From Octopus sinensis (Eukaryota): DNA of 64,000 bases. A program made the translations under genes and the position numbers. The stretch is taken from positions 83,018,001-83,082,000 of the forward strand of contig NC_042999.1 in assembly GCF_006345805.1 (NCBI RefSeq). The letters are read 5' to 3'. This document shows positions 63,255 to 64,000 of this stretch, piece after piece. Position 1 is the stretch's first letter. Each line of letters begins with the position of its first letter. A model generated the notes under the pieces. It worked only from the letters and a program-made list of their open reading frames with translations. It was not told the DNA's origin and ran no database searches.

Positions 63255-63849
63255 TTAATCAAAAAATGGAGAAAAAAGACAAGAAGAAAAAAAGCAATGC
63301 GAGGACATGCTACATGCAAAGTATTAATAAGACACTCAGAGAAGGTTGTTTTACATTATAAGCAAAGCTCTTTGGAAACAGGAGACATAGGAAAGTTCAA
63401 AAGAAAAGGAAGAAGGAGGAAAAAATTGCCACCAGTCCATGTATATATATTATACAATAACCTCAACCCATTACCAACAGTCATTATATCATCATGAGCG
63501 GAGAGAGCTTACATGTGGTGATGTTCTTTCCATAGCAACATGATTGCCCAAATGTAAGACACGACATTATGTATGAATGTATCTGATGTGACCCACACTG
63601 CAAAATTGATGCAGCACAGCATTCCACCTATAAAGAACACTTGCAGGCAGGATTGGATGAAACGGTTGTCGTACAAAATAAAGCGTTATACCAATTCCAT
63701 CTTTTGTTTACTTAATCGATTATTATCTCAACTAACACTGTGGAATTCCTGAAGTAGATCCAATGGAAATATACCCCAACTGCAGATGACACCAGGTAGC
63801 CTAAACTGTGCCAGTGCTTTACTCAACACATCAGCACACTAATTGATAT

Positions 63850-64000
63850 CTCTTTTACTCTCACTTTTACTTGTTTCAGTCATTTGACTGCGGCCATGCT
63901 GGAGCACCGCCTTTAATCAAGCAACTCGACCCCGGGACTTATTCTTTGTAAGCCCAGTACTTATTCTATCGGTGTCTTTTGCCGAACCACTAAGTGACGG
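63850..64000 (-). mobile_element. Family A SINE tail, cut by the window edge
   Basis: Nearly identical to 3200-3350. Confidence 0.85.

Overview
AT-rich, microsatellite-dense animal genomic DNA in which I could not confidently identify any protein-coding gene; the supplied ORFs are almost all microsatellite or SINE read-throughs. The repeats resemble the tRNA-derived SINEs described from Octopus (recognised from memory, not database-checked), so this is probably coleoid cephalopod intronic or intergenic DNA. At least three tRNA-headed SINE families are present (working names A, B, C), plus a (GAT)n-tailed retroposon family (D). Also present are piggyBac-like TTAA MITEs, a mariner 5' fragment, a Helentron/DINE-1-like element, an R4/Dong-like LINE 3' fragment and several long foldback palindromes. 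Three observations stand out. (1) Two different foldback elements (18635-18832 and 34784-35175) carry a type-I minimal hammerhead ribozyme motif in each arm. (2) A textbook zero-nucleotide recursive-splice-site motif (branch point, polypyrimidine tract, CAG|GTGAGT at 18981-19014) lies about 175 bp downstream of the first of these. (3) A CpG-rich, highly self-complementary, unclassified ~280-bp insert (52677-52960) has collinear 5S-rRNA-like blocks. All coordinates, alignments and folds were done by eye and may be off by a few bases.
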